Of a stretch of DNA of 64,000 bases, positions 1 through 7,728 are shown piece after piece. The notes under the pieces are model-generated. The model did no database searches. It was not told the DNA's origin and saw only the letters and a list, made by a program, of their open reading frames with translations. The stretch is from contig CAYPVH010000008.1 in assembly GCA_964414145.1 (NCBI GenBank), forward strand, positions 17,369 through 81,368, written 5' to 3'. Both the position numbers and the translations under genes were made by a program. This stretch comes from an uncultured Gammaproteobacteria bacterium. GTDB lineage: Bacteria > Patescibacteriota > Microgenomatia > UBA1406. The first letter of the stretch is position 1. Each line of letters opens with the position of its first letter.

Positions 1-242
1 GTCAGCATTTTCATAAAAGGAGGGTATGGGTTTTGTAATGGGTAAAGTAATAAATCGATATTTAAATTGCCCCTAAAAGCTTGAGAAAAAAAGTAGCCAA
101 ATTCAAAAGCCCCCTGAGCATGGGCAGCTTCATCCCATGTAAAAGGAGACTTGTTAAACAATAGCCATACTATATTCATCAACAAGTGGAAAGCCATCAA
201 CAAAATCATAAGTAACTGAGGTAATTTGCTTTTATTTTCCAT
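1..242 (-). CDS. N-terminal part of a GT-C type membrane glycosyltransferase (ArnT/PMT-like), truncated by the window edge
   Basis: Own translation of the minus strand from ATG 242..240: MENKSKLPQLLMILLMAFHLLMNIVWLLFNKSPFTWDEAAHAQGAFEFGYFF..., open to nt 1. A TM helix is followed by a WDEAxH loop as in GT39/GT83-type enzymes. It is not in the ORF track because there is no stop inside the window. Confidence 0.4.
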   Translation of the reverse strand, partial: MENKSKLPQLLMILLMAFHLLMNIVWLLFNKSPFTWDEAAHAQGAFEFGYFFSQAFRGNLNIDLLLYPLQNPYPPFMKML

Positions 243-262
243 TATTACTACTTTTTAATATA

Positions 263-3200
263 ATGATTTTCATAATGCACTATATTAATAGTATTATAAA
301 CAAAGTTAAAAAAAACCCACTATTCTTTGTTTTATTACTCATTCTTCTAATAATCACGCTTTTTAATCTAAAACCAGATTTTTATTTAATGGGTTGGGAT
401 AACTATTCTTCATACCTCAATATTAAAGATAATTTTTTTAGAACACTTTTTTCAACTTGGAGAGAATACAGAGGATTGGGGGTTCCGTCTGACTCGGAAG
501 TTACAGATATCTTCCGTTTAGGTCTGTTTGCTTTACTAAAGCCTATTATTCCTACTCAGTTACTTGATCAACTCTACTATTTACTCTCTCTAAACCTAGG
601 AGTCCTTGGAATGTATGCGTTAACAAGAGAATTAGTAAAAAAAATCGGCAATAGTACTCTAAAAGAAAATATAAACATATTTTCTTTTTTTAGTGCCTTT
701 TTTTATTTATTCAACCTTAATACACTGGCTGTATTCTACTTTCCGATGACAATGTTTGTTAGCCGGTTTTTTAGTTTACCCTTGTTATACCTTGTTTTCC
801 ACCAATTAATTTACAGCAAAAAATTAAGCTTTAAAAAAAATATTTTATTTGTAGCATTGCTTTTCTTTATTAGCGGTAGTTTTTTAGTCCCCACCGTATT
901 CGTTGCTTTAATAATCGCCCTGCTTCCTTATTTAATCACGCAAAGAAACCTGAAGAAATCCCTTCTTGTAGGCCTTGTTTTTATACTAATTAACTCATTT
1001 TGGCTCTTCCCTTTTGTTAATTACATAAAAGAACGTTCAAACAATGTCAAGCTAGCTTCAACTTTTATCGACGGTAATGAAGATTTTCTAAACAAAAATC
1101 CAGAATATTATTCTTTTCGAAGACAGTCATTAGTTACGCCGCAGTTTTTCGAAATGAAGTATACAGAAACAGGCAGCAAGCAAACCAAATTTTTTCATCC
1201 CTTGGCCGAAAAGTTAAATCGCTACCCCAATAACTTTATTTATTTATATCTGTTTCCTCTTCTTTACTTAGCTGGAGTAGTTATTACAGTTGTAAAATTT
1301 AAAAGGAAGAAAGAATGGTTATGGGTTCCGGTAACTTTACTTACTTTTCTATTTTTGTCTTTAAAAGAACATTCCTTTTTAGGCACACTTTACTTTCTGC
1401 TAACTAAATATATACCTTTCTTTGGTGTTATATTTCGTTATGGAGACACAAAGTTTCATGCATTGGTAGCGTTTTCCGGAAGCATAAGTGCCGCTATTGC
1501 CATAGTCTATCTTTATAAATACATCAACAGAAAAGAAGTAAAACAAAAACTTGTTTTATTTATTCTTAGTCTACTTATTATTCCTCACCTGGTTTTATTT
1601 AAGGAATATTTTACCCGTAACTTAGTAGGTTTCTTTATGTATAACAAAATTCCTAAGGCGTATTTTCAAGTTGCCAATGTAATTAATAATGATAAAGAAG
1701 AAGCCAGAGTACTTCACCTGCCAATCGATAAAAATAACTATTACTGGAAATCATATACCTGGGGCTACTTTGGCTCCGCCTTTTTCCAATATATGTTAAA
1801 CAAACCCTTAATTGACAAAACCTTTTTACCAAGTAGTTTGGAAAACGATTACTATATAGAACAAATTAATACCTACTTCAAAAATATCAGCGGCTCAACA
1901 AATCAAAAATTAATCAACAACCAGGTTGAAGAACTAGCTAAACTAATTAGAAAGAGCAATGTGAAATATATACTGTTAGACGAAAGCGTTAGTAATAGTG
2001 TTCCTTCTCGTAATATGACCTTCTGGGGTACTAATACCATTACTGAAGAAAAAAGGGCTATAAAAGGCTTATTACAAAAAGGCTTAATAAAAAAATTAGA
2101 AAACTACACTATTAACTTAGACAAAGAAGCAAACTACAGCAAGCTTTACCCGTATAGCCAGGCTAACTTTCCCAAGGAGAAAGATAAAAAATCTAATTTA
2201 GGTTTGTATGAAGTAAAAGACTTTCAGGGAAAGGTTTCGTTCCCAGAAAAGACTGAGTTATTAGATTATAACTTCGACAGGCCCCTGAAAAATATCGCCA
2301 GCGCCTACACAACACATTTCATGCAAAAAAAGGATTGGGCAGGAACTATATGGCCATTTCGCTATACAGATGGCTTAATAAATATTAAAAACGGTGAGCT
2401 AGAGTTTAATATTCCTGCAGACACAAGTAGCAAAAAATATAGACTAGAATATGAGTTAAATAATCTGGAGCAATTAAGTAATATTGTTGATATCTACACA
2501 GAAGTTAAAGCCAAAGAATTAATAGTATCGCTCTACTTAAAAGTGTTTCCCGACATAAACGGGCAAACATTCCAAAAACCACTAAAAACATTAAGAATAC
2601 CCATTAAAAAATTTAGTTTAAATAAGTCAGTTAAAGAGAGTCCAAAAAACGCCCTTAACAACTGGACAGAACTGGAAAACAACGTTTATAAAAACATTCG
2701 CCTGCGTATAGGAGAAATCACCGTACCAATTCCAATTAATAACAATCAGCCAAGTTACGCCGGAAGTGTTATGGTTAGAAACAATAATTTTTTAGTTGAA
2801 GTATTAAGCGAGTACTTAAACATCACTATTCCCCTGGAAAATTTTCAGACAATTAACAACCCCGATTGCTATAATGATGCCCTAGCCGACTATCAAAGCA
2901 CCTCTCAAGCTAACGCCGACGCTCTGGCAGTTATTGCTCAAAACGGCTCAAGCTGTTTTGCAAACACCAACCTTGTGCCCGAAGAATACCCCGATGTTTC
3001 CCACGCCGAAATTCACCTTGTTGCCCAGGGTAGTTCGGAAGACTTGGATTCGCTTTACTGGAAAAACAACAAAACAGGGAAAAGCAGTTTAGTTAAAGCT
3101 TTGCAAACCTTGCCAAAGCCAAGTCATTTAAAGATATGTTTTAAAGAAAAAGGGCTTGACGAGTGCTTAAATTATAAAGATATTAATTTACCCCTAGAGC

Positions 3201-4339
3201 CCAAAACCTTTTTAATTCCTATTGATAAACAAATAACCGATTTAAGAAATTATGAAATATTTTTAGGGTTAAGAAATATTGGCTACCAAAGGCAAAATAT
3301 GATTATTAACAATATGGTGGCCAGGCTTTTTAAAACCGAATACAGCGAAAAGGTAAGTTTTAACAAAAGTAAATACGTTACAGAAATTGATTTAACAAAA
3401 GGCAGTAATATCGTCTTTAGTATGCCGATTGTATTAAACCCAAGTTCTCAAAAAATAGATATCAAAACTAATTCTTTTTATTTTCACAACCAACTTTGTG
3501 AAAACTATTCAACTTTCAGACTGGTGGAACAACAGTTACTTGGGTACCACAACAGTTGCGAAAATGTATTATTTAGCCGCCTACCCTTTTCCAGTAACAG
3601 CTTTTATATTTGGCATATTAACTATAACCTGCTTAGCGGTCAATTTCCCTTCATTATTATGGAAGACACGATGCACCAATATAAGTACGAACGTACTTCA
3701 ATCAACCAAAATTATCCAGATATTCCAAATTTTGGTTCTTTAAACTTTATTACTCCCCTAACCACACAAGAGTCACTCTTCTATAAATTCTATGCCTTAC
3801 CCCAAGAAACCAGTTACAGCTACATATATCCCAAGAGCTATTTGAAAGACAGCAAAAACAAAAGTTATTTCTTTAAAGAATATAGCGAAAACGAAGGCAT
3901 GTTTGCCTTGTCTGCTTTCAATATTGTTGAACTACCAAATTACTGGTCAAATCTAAAGTTGGTACCACCAAATAATGAGCAAATATATAGTGCTCCGCAG
4001 AGTTATAGTTTTAAAAAACTACTCCCTTCCCTTTGGCAAATTGACATAACCAGTGAAAGCAACGAAAAAGTTCTGCTTTTCTTTAATGAAGGTTTTGATC
4101 GGCAATGGGGTTTATATGAAAAACTTAGCGATTCAGTTGTAGGGAAAAAGACAGCTACTTCTATTCGTTGCGACGGTTTTGCCAACTGTTTTGAATTTAC
4201 ACCAAAAAACAATCGCTACTATATTTTTTACTCTCCCGAACTTTTGAGTATCATTGGGTGGCTTTTTAGCATTTTTGGTAGTTTAAGTTTGATTATCTTC
4301 TTTAGAAAGAAAGAAACCTTACCCGAAACCAAGCTTTGA
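263..4339 (+). CDS. 1358-aa polytopic membrane protein with a large extracytoplasmic domain; putative GT-C / AftD(DUF3367)-like glycan-building enzyme
   Basis: Longest ORF at this locus. Many hydrophobic helices lie in the first ~460 aa (PLFFVLLLILLIITLF, FFYLFNLNTLAVFYF, LFVALLFFISGSFLV...). It has an N-terminal MGWDNYSSYL..WREYRGLGVP motif and a single C-terminal TM (LLSIIGWLFSIFGSLSLIIFF). The family assignment is by recollection only. Confidence 0.6.
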   Translation: MIFIMHYINSIINKVKKNPLFFVLLLILLIITLFNLKPDFYLMGWDNYSSYLNIKDNFFRTLFSTWREYRGLGVPSDSEVTDIFRLGLFALLKPIIPTQLLDQLYYLLSLNLGVLGMYALTRELVKKIGNSTLKENINIFSFFSAFFYLFNLNTLAVFYFPMTMFVSRFFSLPLLYLVFHQLIYSKKLSFKKNILFVALLFFISGSFLVPTVFVALIIALLPYLITQRNLKKSLLVGLVFILINSFWLFPFVNYIKERSNNVKLASTFIDGNEDFLNKNPEYYSFRRQSLVTPQFFEMKYTETGSKQTKFFHPLAEKLNRYPNNFIYLYLFPLLYLAGVVITVVKFKRKKEWLWVPVTLLTFLFLSLKEHSFLGTLYFLLTKYIPFFGVIFRYGDTKFHALVAFSGSISAAIAIVYLYKYINRKEVKQKLVLFILSLLIIPHLVLFKEYFTRNLVGFFMYNKIPKAYFQVANVINNDKEEARVLHLPIDKNNYYWKSYTWGYFGSAFFQYMLNKPLIDKTFLPSSLENDYYIEQINTYFKNISGSTNQKLINNQVEELAKLIRKSNVKYILLDESVSNSVPSRNMTFWGTNTITEEKRAIKGLLQKGLIKKLENYTINLDKEANYSKLYPYSQANFPKEKDKKSNLGLYEVKDFQGKVSFPEKTELLDYNFDRPLKNIASAYTTHFMQKKDWAGTIWPFRYTDGLINIKNGELEFNIPADTSSKKYRLEYELNNLEQLSNIVDIYTEVKAKELIVSLYLKVFPDINGQTFQKPLKTLRIPIKKFSLNKSVKESPKNALNNWTELENNVYKNIRLRIGEITVPIPINNNQPSYAGSVMVRNNNFLVEVLSEYLNITIPLENFQTINNPDCYNDALADYQSTSQANADALAVIAQNGSSCFANTNLVPEEYPDVSHAEIHLVAQGSSEDLDSLYWKNNKTGKSSLVKALQTLPKPSHLKICFKEKGLDECLNYKDINLPLEPKTFLIPIDKQITDLRNYEIFLGLRNIGYQRQNMIINNMVARLFKTEYSEKVSFNKSKYVTEIDLTKGSNIVFSMPIVLNPSSQKIDIKTNSFYFHNQLCENYSTFRLVEQQLLGYHNSCENVLFSRLPFSSNSFYIWHINYNLLSGQFPFIIMEDTMHQYKYERTSINQNYPDIPNFGSLNFITPLTTQESLFYKFYALPQETSYSYIYPKSYLKDSKNKSYFFKEYSENEGMFALSAFNIVELPNYWSNLKLVPPNNEQIYSAPQSYSFKKLLPSLWQIDITSESNEKVLLFFNEGFDRQWGLYEKLSDSVVGKKTATSIRCDGFANCFEFTPKNNRYYIFYSPELLSIIGWLFSIFGSLSLIIFFRKKETLPETKL

Positions 4340-5184
4340 AAATAGAATAGCTTTTTTAGAAATCGATACACATTCCAGTTAATTTGTGGTGAAATTAAAA
4401 GCCCGGCTGCAAGTTGTACCATCCAGTACAAATGAACCCATAAAGGAGCGCTATTTATTCGTTCATCAACCCATAGATGCATTTTGTAGGTGCTGATAGC
4501 TAAAGTTCTAAAGTACTTAACCGAAGCCATGCTTTTGTGCCACCTAACCTTGACCAGTACCTTTTGTAGGTTTGCCAGCTGGCCTTCTTGGCCCATTCGG
4601 ATCCATAAATGAGTATCATCTGCCGGCCACATTGCCTGGTCGTATCCACCTACCTTTAGGGCAATGGCTTTAACAAACATTACCGACGGGTCGGCAAAAG
4701 GACTAACAATATGCCACATTTTGCGGATGTCTTGGTCTTTTTCAATAAATGTAATTACTTCTTGACTATCACTAAAGTACTTTATAAAAGAGCCAAGAGC
4801 CACAATTTCTGGGTGGCTTTCTAAATAATCTACTTGGGTTTTTAGCCGGTTTTTTAGCATAATATCATCTTGATTCAGCCGGGCAATATATTTACCCCTG
4901 GCTTTTTTAAGAGCATAGTTTAAGGTTCGCCCCAAGCCTCTGTTTTTAACAAAAGAATAAAAATGTATTTTTTTGGACTGGCGCACAAGTTGTTTACAGA
5001 TTCTTTTACTTTCGTCGGTAGAACCGTCGTCTACAAGAATAATTTCGTATTTTTTGTATGTGCTTTTTAATACTGATTCTACCGCTTCTCTTAAATATGT
5101 GGCACCATTAAAAACCGGTATTACTACCGAAACTAAAGGTATTTGACTTTTTTTACTGATCTGTTTTTCTTTTTGTTTTTTCAT
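4228..5184 (-). CDS. family 2 glycosyltransferase
   Basis: N-terminal GT-A signature VSVVIPVFNGATYLREAVESVLKSTYKKYEIILVDDGSTDES and a later NQDD (DxD-like) motif. The 3' end overlaps the convergent 263..4339 ORF by 112 nt. Confidence 0.85.
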   Translation of the reverse strand: MKKQKEKQISKKSQIPLVSVVIPVFNGATYLREAVESVLKSTYKKYEIILVDDGSTDESKRICKQLVRQSKKIHFYSFVKNRGLGRTLNYALKKARGKYIARLNQDDIMLKNRLKTQVDYLESHPEIVALGSFIKYFSDSQEVITFIEKDQDIRKMWHIVSPFADPSVMFVKAIALKVGGYDQAMWPADDTHLWIRMGQEGQLANLQKVLVKVRWHKSMASVKYFRTLAISTYKMHLWVDERINSAPLWVHLYWMVQLAAGLLISPQINWNVYRFLKKLFYFQSLVSGKVSFFLKKIIKLKLPKMLKSHPMILKSSGE

Positions 5185-5239
5185 ATTTTTTATTCTCTTT
5201 TTAAATATTGGGAACCTTCTGATAGCTAAATTTACTTAA

Positions 5240-5282
5240 CTAGCAAAAGGCTCCCCTGCCCACCTATCCAAGGTGGGCAGGG
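5240..5282 (-). terminator. GC-rich stem-loop downstream of the high-GC gene
   Basis: A 12-bp perfect stem, ccctgcccacct (5254-5265) / aggtgggcaggg (5271-5282), with a 5-nt loop. On the minus strand it is followed by GAGCCUUUUG, a short U tract. Confidence 0.5.
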
Positions 5283-5311
5283 CTAGGTTAGCCAGGGAAC
5301 GATTGGGTGGT

Positions 5312-5974
5312 CTACTTGACCGCGACGGCCCAGAAGGCCGTGCAGCCGGACCAGGTGTCGTCCGTTCGCAGCGGAACTCCCGCCGCAAACGGAACCTGGA
5401 TGTAGACGCGGCCCAAGGTGGTCGTATCCAGCAGACTCGGGTCCATGACGTGGCTGACGTCTGCCGGCGGGTCGACGGCCGTCGCATCGGGGCACCACAC
5501 CAACCAGGCGTAGTGCTGATCGAGCACGAGCGTGCCCGTGGTCACCACCGTGGTGGCACCTACCGCGACCGCTTCTGCCTGGATGGCGGCGACTGCCGCC
5601 TCAATCTGGACCTGGCTGACCTGGCCGGGGATCCGCAAATAATCCGCCACCAGCTTCGTCTGCCCGGTGGGCAGAAGGACGCCCCCCGTCTCGTCGTACT
5701 TGAGCATGACGGGGGCCCCCGGGTCGGGGGTGACGACGGGCTGCGCCGCGAGCAGCGCCTGGGCCGCGAGATAGTCCACAAACGCATTGCAGACTTCCTC
5801 AACGGCAGTGGCAAACTCGGTCGGGAGCACACTCCTGTCCATCGTACAGAGGGCGACCATGCGCTCCTCAAACGTGGGCGGCGTGGCCCCTTGGGCCATG
5901 GCGCTAGCGGGCACGATGGCCACGCACAGCATTACAACCACGATAACAAACGACAGGACCTTGGACTTGAACAT
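5312..5974 (-). CDS. secreted hypothetical protein encoded by a high-GC foreign-looking gene
   Basis: ATG at 5974 is preceded by GGAGG (5983..5979). Signal-peptide-like N-terminus MFKSKVLSFVIVVVMLCVAIVPASAMAQG. This is the only frame in the GC-rich block with a start, an SD and a signal peptide. The other long ORFs in the block are typical high-GC artefacts. Confidence 0.7.
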   Translation of the reverse strand: MFKSKVLSFVIVVVMLCVAIVPASAMAQGATPPTFEERMVALCTMDRSVLPTEFATAVEEVCNAFVDYLAAQALLAAQPVVTPDPGAPVMLKYDETGGVLLPTGQTKLVADYLRIPGQVSQVQIEAAVAAIQAEAVAVGATTVVTTGTLVLDQHYAWLVWCPDATAVDPPADVSHVMDPSLLDTTTLGRVYIQVPFAAGVPLRTDDTWSGCTAFWAVAVK

Positions 5975-6385
5975 GTTGCCTCCTTTCAAGGCAGTGAAAT
6001 TTTTGGTTTTGGGCCCGCTCGTTCAGCTTGCCCTCCCCGTACTAATAATTACGTTTTAACTACTAATACGGGGAAAGCAAAACACGAATAGCTACAAGCC
6101 CAAATTGCCAAAAAAAGAGAGGCTTTTTCTAAATTCCCTGACTCCGCCATAAGCTCAGTTTTACAACTTCGCATATTGGCGGATAGCAATCAGTAATCCA
6201 ATCCCTTACGGGTTTGGAAACTTCTTGCTACAACCTTTTAAAGAGCGACTGTTCTTTAAGAGTGGCAGAGTGCAATACCTTGCTCCCTAAAAAGAACGCT
6301 CTATATGTTTCTATTAGTGGCTGCTGCTTGTTCCAAGGAGCAATTCCTTGGATCCGCACTGCTTCCAATATATAGAAACACTATC

Positions 6386-6414
6386 ACTATAACACACTAT
6401 AGGATACTTGTCAA
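6386..6414 (-). promoter_or_regulatory. sigma70-type promoter (TTGACA-17-TATAGT) reading leftward
   Basis: Minus strand reads TACTACTTGACAagtatcctatagtgtgtTATAGT. The -35 is at 6414..6409 and the -10 at 6391..6386, with a 17-nt spacer. Confidence 0.5.
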
Positions 6415-6510
6415 GTAGTATTTTTACTACACTAAATTGGATGGTAAAAGCAAGTAAATTAGACATTATGTAGTTGGTAAAACAACTATAAGTTATGTAA
6501 AATTTATTAA

Positions 6511-6895
6511 CCGATTAATCAATTATGAATTACGAATTGCGGATTAAAAACACCACTACGTGGATTAATCATTAGTCGATTATGCATTACGAATTGAGAA
6601 TTAGTGATATCACATAAATACAATACAGGTGAGAAGTAAGGAATTAAATATAAAACCGGTAAGGAGGATTTAAGAAATGCTTCGTGGATAAGGAAAACTG
6701 CTTACTAAGATTTACCTATTTGTCAATTATGAATTACGGATTATGAATTAGTTAGACCAATACGTGGACTATCTATTAATCAATTACGGATTACGCCCCG
6801 ATACCAGAGCAAAGCACGGTACGGGGTAAAAATTGCGGATTAAAGAACTACTATGTAGATTAGTCAATTGCGGATTTCGAATTACGGATTAATCA
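6511..6895. repeat. array of degenerate 7-bp-period (heptad) repeats with interspersed short hairpins
   Basis: Runs such as aattatg aattacg aattgcg gattaaa (6521-), attatgc attacga attgaga (6580-), aattatg aattacg gattatg (6726-), aattgcg gatttcg aattacg gattaat (6866-). Confidence 0.7.
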
Positions 6896-6986
6896 AACCA
6901 ATGCAAAAACAGGGAATCCAAAAATCTGTATCAACAACACCCAATCGCTAATAGCTTAATTAGTTCGTTTTATATAAAATCATAGT

Positions 6987-7367
6987 ATGAAATACAAAGA
7001 TTTTGAAGAACTGCCTGTATGGAAAGAAGCTATAACACTGACTAAGGTAATATATGACCTAACAGCAAAGAAAACTTGGCGAAAAGACTTTGGTTTAACA
7101 AACCAGATTAGGCGAGCCGTTGTTTCTATAAGTTCTAACATTGCTGAAGGTTTTGAAAAAAGAAACAATAATGAATTATCTAGGTACTTAAGAATAGCTA
7201 AAGGATCTGTTGGTGAAGTTAGAAACCAACTGCTTATTGCAAGCAATATTGGTTATATAAGTGAAGAAGAGCTTAAAGAAATAAAAGATAAGCTAATAAA
7301 GCTTTCGAAAAACATTGGTGGCTTTATTAATTACTTAAGTAAATACAAGAAGCTTAAAAGCACTTAA
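6987..7367 (+). CDS. four-helix-bundle protein (23S rRNA intervening-sequence protein / Avd-like family, PF05635-type)
   Basis: Family hallmarks: FEELPVWKEAITLTKVIY, NQIRRAVVSISSNIAEGFEKRNNNELSRYLRIAKGSVGEVRNQL, ISEEELKEIKDKL. Typical ~125-aa size. Confidence 0.9.
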   Translation: MKYKDFEELPVWKEAITLTKVIYDLTAKKTWRKDFGLTNQIRRAVVSISSNIAEGFEKRNNNELSRYLRIAKGSVGEVRNQLLIASNIGYISEEELKEIKDKLIKLSKNIGGFINYLSKYKKLKST

Positions 7368-7370
7368 TTT

Positions 7371-7406
7371 ATAATCCGTAATCCACAATATACAATAGAC
7401 AAATTG
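7371..7406. repeat. heptad repeat run flanking the four-helix-bundle gene on its 3' side
   Basis: taatccg taatcca caatata caataga caaattg, starting immediately after the stop codon. Confidence 0.5.
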
Positions 7407-7535
7407 CCTAATATTTTCACAATTATACATTGTAACTTATAGCATTTTGGTCTTGTACATTATTTTAACAATGTGGATGAAAGGTGAACAAATTACCATT
7501 TGCTTATTCTTAAGCCAACTATATAACGCTTGATG

Positions 7536-7564
7536 TTGACATTGTAGAATTTGTACTGTATACT
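7536..7564 (+). promoter_or_regulatory. sigma70-type promoter (TTGACA-17-TATACT)
   Basis: TTGACA 7536-7541, 17-nt spacer, TATACT 7559-7564. Confidence 0.55.
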
Positions 7565-7570
7565 ATGGGG

Positions 7571-7663
7571 TATTGTTATTTTATAACAAGCTTCTCTAAC
7601 TAAGAATGTTTGCAAAAAGAAGAGTCAGGTTGAGTGACGAGCTCGGCTTGACTCTTTTTTTTT
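7571..7663 (+). ncRNA. candidate ~90-nt small RNA (promoter to intrinsic terminator, no plausible ORF)
   Basis: The predicted TSS, about 7 nt after the -10, lies downstream of the only nearby ATG (7565). The transcript contains the hairpin ttgtta-ttttа-like loop-taacaa (7573-7590 region) and ends in the strong terminator at 7620-7663. Confidence 0.3.
7620..7663 (+). terminator. rho-independent terminator
   Basis: aagagtcagg...cttgactctt long stem followed by nine T (7655-7663). Confidence 0.7.
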
Positions 7664-7667
7664 GGGC

Positions 7668-7699
7668 AAAAAAACCCCCGCCCTGTTTATGGGGCGGGG
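7668..7699 (-). terminator. rho-independent terminator of the 7729..8385 gene
   Basis: 8-bp GC stem ccccgccc (7676-7683) / gggcgggg (7692-7699). On the minus strand it is followed by seven U (complement of a7668-a7674). Confidence 0.8.
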
Positions 7700-7728
7700 T
7701 GTAAATTTTTAAATTAAGAAGACCTATT

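Noticed and set aside
3498-4212. Track ORFs 3498..3743(+) and 4003..4212(-) nested in the 1358-aa gene
   Set aside because: They are alternative-frame or antisense ORFs inside a much longer coherent ORF, with no independent signals.
5236-6091. Track ORFs 5236..5487(-), 5273..6091(+), 5283..5498(-), 5560..5871(-) and 5787..6059(+) inside the GC-rich block
   Set aside because: Stop codons are rare in high-GC DNA, so long ORFs appear in many frames. These ORFs are Arg/Pro/Gly-rich low-complexity sequences without an SD or recognisable features. Only 5312..5974(-) has an SD, a signal peptide and a terminator.
6100-6378. Identification of the structured region as SRP RNA, RNase P RNA, tmRNA or a known riboswitch
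   Set aside because: The string ..CCUUGGAACAAGCAGCAGCC.. superficially resembles the SRP helix-8 GGAAGCAGCC, but the GNRA-closing stem does not form. There is no GGAAAGUCCGGGC (RNase P), no tRNA-like 3' end (tmRNA) and no match by eye to the TPP, cobalamin, SAM, T-box or fluoride consensus cores. It is kept only as an unclassified candidate.
6987-7367. Diversity-generating retroelement (the four-helix-bundle protein as Avd)
   Set aside because: No reverse transcriptase ORF (no YxDD-containing protein) and no template/variable repeat pair differing at adenines could be found anywhere in the window. The gene is better described as a stand-alone PF05635-type protein embedded in heptad repeats.
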